Shown here one piece after another: positions 58,487-60,275 of a stretch of DNA of 60,275 bases. The number at the start of each line of letters is the position of its first letter. Within the stretch, counting starts at the first letter, position 1. The translations under genes were made by a program, and so were the position numbers. The notes beneath the pieces are model-generated. The model saw nothing but the letters and a program-made list of their open reading frames with translations, was not told where the DNA came from and did not search any database. Origin of the DNA: DHVE2 group archaeon (GTDB lineage Archaea > Thermoplasmatota > Thermoplasmata > Thermoplasmatales > Aciduliprofundaceae); the NCBI GenBank assembly GCA_015521465.1, contig WAOD01000062.1, positions 1-60,275 of the forward strand, given 5' to 3'.

Positions 58487-60275
58487 TCGTATCCCCTAAT
58501 GCTCTCAAATCTCTTAAGCATTTCATCTTTTTTATTGCAGTCTTCCAAGGCATGTTCAAAGACCTCGTCAATGGTGCTTACCGGTATGATTTCTATTCTG
58601 TTCTTGTGCTCTTCGTCCAGTATAACATCGTCCACGTTTGCCTTGGGGATTATAACCTTTTTTAGCCCTGCTTCTATTGCTGCTTCCACCTTTGCAGTAA
58701 CTCCTCCCACTGGTAGCACATGTCCTCGTATACTTAGCGAACCGGTCATGGCTATGCACTGTTTCACAGGTATGCTTTCCAGAGCAGATACCACTGCCGT
58801 TGCAACGCTGATACTGGCACTATCTCCTTCAACACCCTCGTATGTGCCTATGAATTGAATGTGCACATCGTAGTTAGTTATGTGCTTTCCAAAATATTTC
58901 TTTATGATGGCAGATACGTTTTCCACAGCTTCCTTTGCAATCTCACCTAATTTACCCGTGGCAATCATCCTGCCATGCTCTTTTGCCTGCGCGGGGGTAA
59001 CTTCTGCCATTATTGGGAGAACTATTCCTGAGTATTCTGCCATGCCACTGCTCGCAGAATATACGGCCAGACCGTTTACCATTCCTATGGCCTTTCCCTC
59101 GCTCAGGAAAGTCTTGTACTCTTTTTTCATCTCTATTAACCTGTCTGTTACCTGCTGTTCCAGCGGTTTGGATATCTTTTTTGCTTTCAGCACGTGCTCT
59201 GCCGTGACGTATTCTGCGCCTTCTTCTCTTGCAATATCCCCTGCGACTCTAACAAGACCTCCCAGTTCCCTAAGTCTGAGAGTTAATTTTCCTTTTCTTC
59301 CTGCCCTTTTTTGAGCTTCTTTTATTATCTCGGCCACCGCATCTTTCGTGAAATGGGGTATTTTTCCATCTTTTTTGACTTCTTGGGCTATAAACCTGAT
59401 TAAATTCTTGCGGTTCTCTTCGGTATCCGGCATGGTGGATTTCATGAATACCTCGTATCCATAGCCCCTTATTCTGGAACGCAGTGCGGGATGCATTCCC
59501 TGCAACGCGTCCAGGTTTCCTGCCGCAACAAGTATAAAATCACACGGAACAGGTTCTGTATGCACCATCGCCCCGGCAGAGTGCTCGCTTTGCCCGGATA
59601 TGGGAAACTTTTTCTCTTGAATGGCGGTGAGCAATGCCTGCTGGGATTCTATTCTAAGCATATTTATTTCATCTATGAACAGCACCCCTTTGTGCGCCTT
59701 GTGTATTGCTCCAGCCTCTACCCTGACATGAGGTGGTGTTTCCAGCCCGCCACTTTGAAACGGGTCGTGGCGCACATCACCCAAGAGGGCGCCGGCATGG
59801 GCACCGGTTGCATCTATAAAAGGTGGTTTTTCTCCCTTTTCGTGAGATACTAACAGCTTTGGAACCATTGCCTTCTCTTCTCTCTGAATGGCAGAGCCGG
59901 TAAACGCGTAAAGGAATATGGCTATGAATATTGACCAGAACAAGAATGAGTAATCTTTTGTTACAAAAGCCCCGAATATACCGAGAAATATTAGCAGAAA
60001 TAGAATCATTTGCATACTCATTTTCCTTTCATTTTTCTTTTTGTTAGCCTCTCTTTGATACTGCTGAACTATGTACTTTCCCTGCCCGGCGGGTACTATT
60101 TTTATCTTTGGTGAGTTAGGATCTTCTTCATTTGGAAAAACCAGCACATCCTCCAAATCCTCCCTTGGTAGAAAATCAACCATACTCTGAGCAAGCATAC
60201 TCTTTCCGGTTCCTGGGTCTCCAAGAAGAATCACGTGCCTTTTCTGCCGGGCAGCTTTCTTTATTACCTCTACTG
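58483..60275 (-). CDS. lonB: Archaeal membrane-bound Lon protease (LonB), 5' end beyond the window
   Basis: The frame stays open to nt 60275 ('..[23 protein letters not shown]'). Walker B 'GVLFIDEI'. Two TM helices are inserted in the AAA domain. Protease '[24 protein letters not shown]' (Ser-Lys dyad). Confidence 0.9.
   Translation of the reverse strand, partial: VEVIKKAARQKRHVILLGDPGTGKSMLAQSMVDFLPREDLEDVLVFPNEEDPNSPKIKIVPAGQGKYIVQQYQREANKKKNERKMSMQMILFLLIFLGIFGAFVTKDYSFLFWSIFIAIFLYAFTGSAIQREEKAMVPKLLVSHEKGEKPPFIDATGAHAGALLGDVRHDPFQSGGLETPPHVRVEAGAIHKAHKGVLFIDEINMLRIESQQALLTAIQEKKFPISGQSEHSAGAMVHTEPVPCDFILVAAGNLDALQGMHPALRSRIRGYGYEVFMKSTMPDTEENRKNLIRFIAQEVKKDGKIPHFTKDAVAEIIKEAQKRAGRKGKLTLRLRELGGLVRVAGDIAREEGAEYVTAEHVLKAKKISKPLEQQVTDRLIEMKKEYKTFLSEGKAIGMVNGLAVYSASSGMAEYSGIVLPIMAEVTPAQAKEHGRMIATGKLGEIAKEAVENVSAIIKKYFGKHITNYDVHIQFIGTYEGVEGDSASISVATAVVSALESIPVKQCIAMTGSLSIRGHVLPVGGVTAKVEAAIEAGLKKVIIPKANVDDVILDEEHKNRIEIIPVSTIDEVFEHALEDCNKKDEMLKRFESIRGYE

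Overview
AT-rich archaeal chromosomal segment with about 50 protein genes, three tRNAs and one tRNA fragment. Gene content suggests a Thermoplasmata/DHVE2-like euryarchaeon; this is inference only. The evidence is Rpo7-Spt4-eS24-eS31, KEOPS Cgi121, archease, Tsr3, LonB, ether-lipid genes and GyrA. Housekeeping genes: gyrA, asnS, purH, tgt, lonB (3' window edge, 5'-truncated), RNase P Pop5-like, tRNA-Arg(CCG), tRNA-Leu(UAA), tRNA-Ser(CGA). Nt ~2340-8128 is a mosaic integrated-element remnant. It has a GC-rich replication-type module, two COG1373 ATPase genes (one truncated) and an SSV-type integrase C-fragment. The first codons of that integrase are antisense to a 3' half of a tRNA-Leu(GAG), which is the att site. 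Next to it is a translationally coupled pair: a minimal SNF2 helicase and a protein made of ~15 tandem 15-residue C-x2-C-x4-C-x2-H zinc units. A five-gene Opp-type peptide ABC operon has a 1558-aa binding protein and a permease with a ~500-aa extracellular insert. Membrane-lipid genes are concentrated here: a Tes-like radical SAM-ferredoxin-geranylgeranyl reductase operon, AcnX-type phosphomevalonate dehydratase, overlapping DGGGP/GGGP synthases and a dolichol-kinase-like protein. The two loci I rate most likely to be undescribed systems are these. (i) A 1566-aa FG-GAP/PKD surface 'receptor' has a cytoplasmic tail that looks like a Roadblock/LC7/MglB domain, and it lies tail-to-tail with a complete Rab/Ras-like small GTPase. 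(ii) A 1006-aa isoleucyl-tRNA-synthetase-like paralog has lost HIGH/KMSKS and is fused to HhH, a double zinc ribbon and a DUF835/KaiC-like domain. No CRISPR array, rRNA or IS element was seen. All family assignments come from reading motifs by eye; no searches were run.
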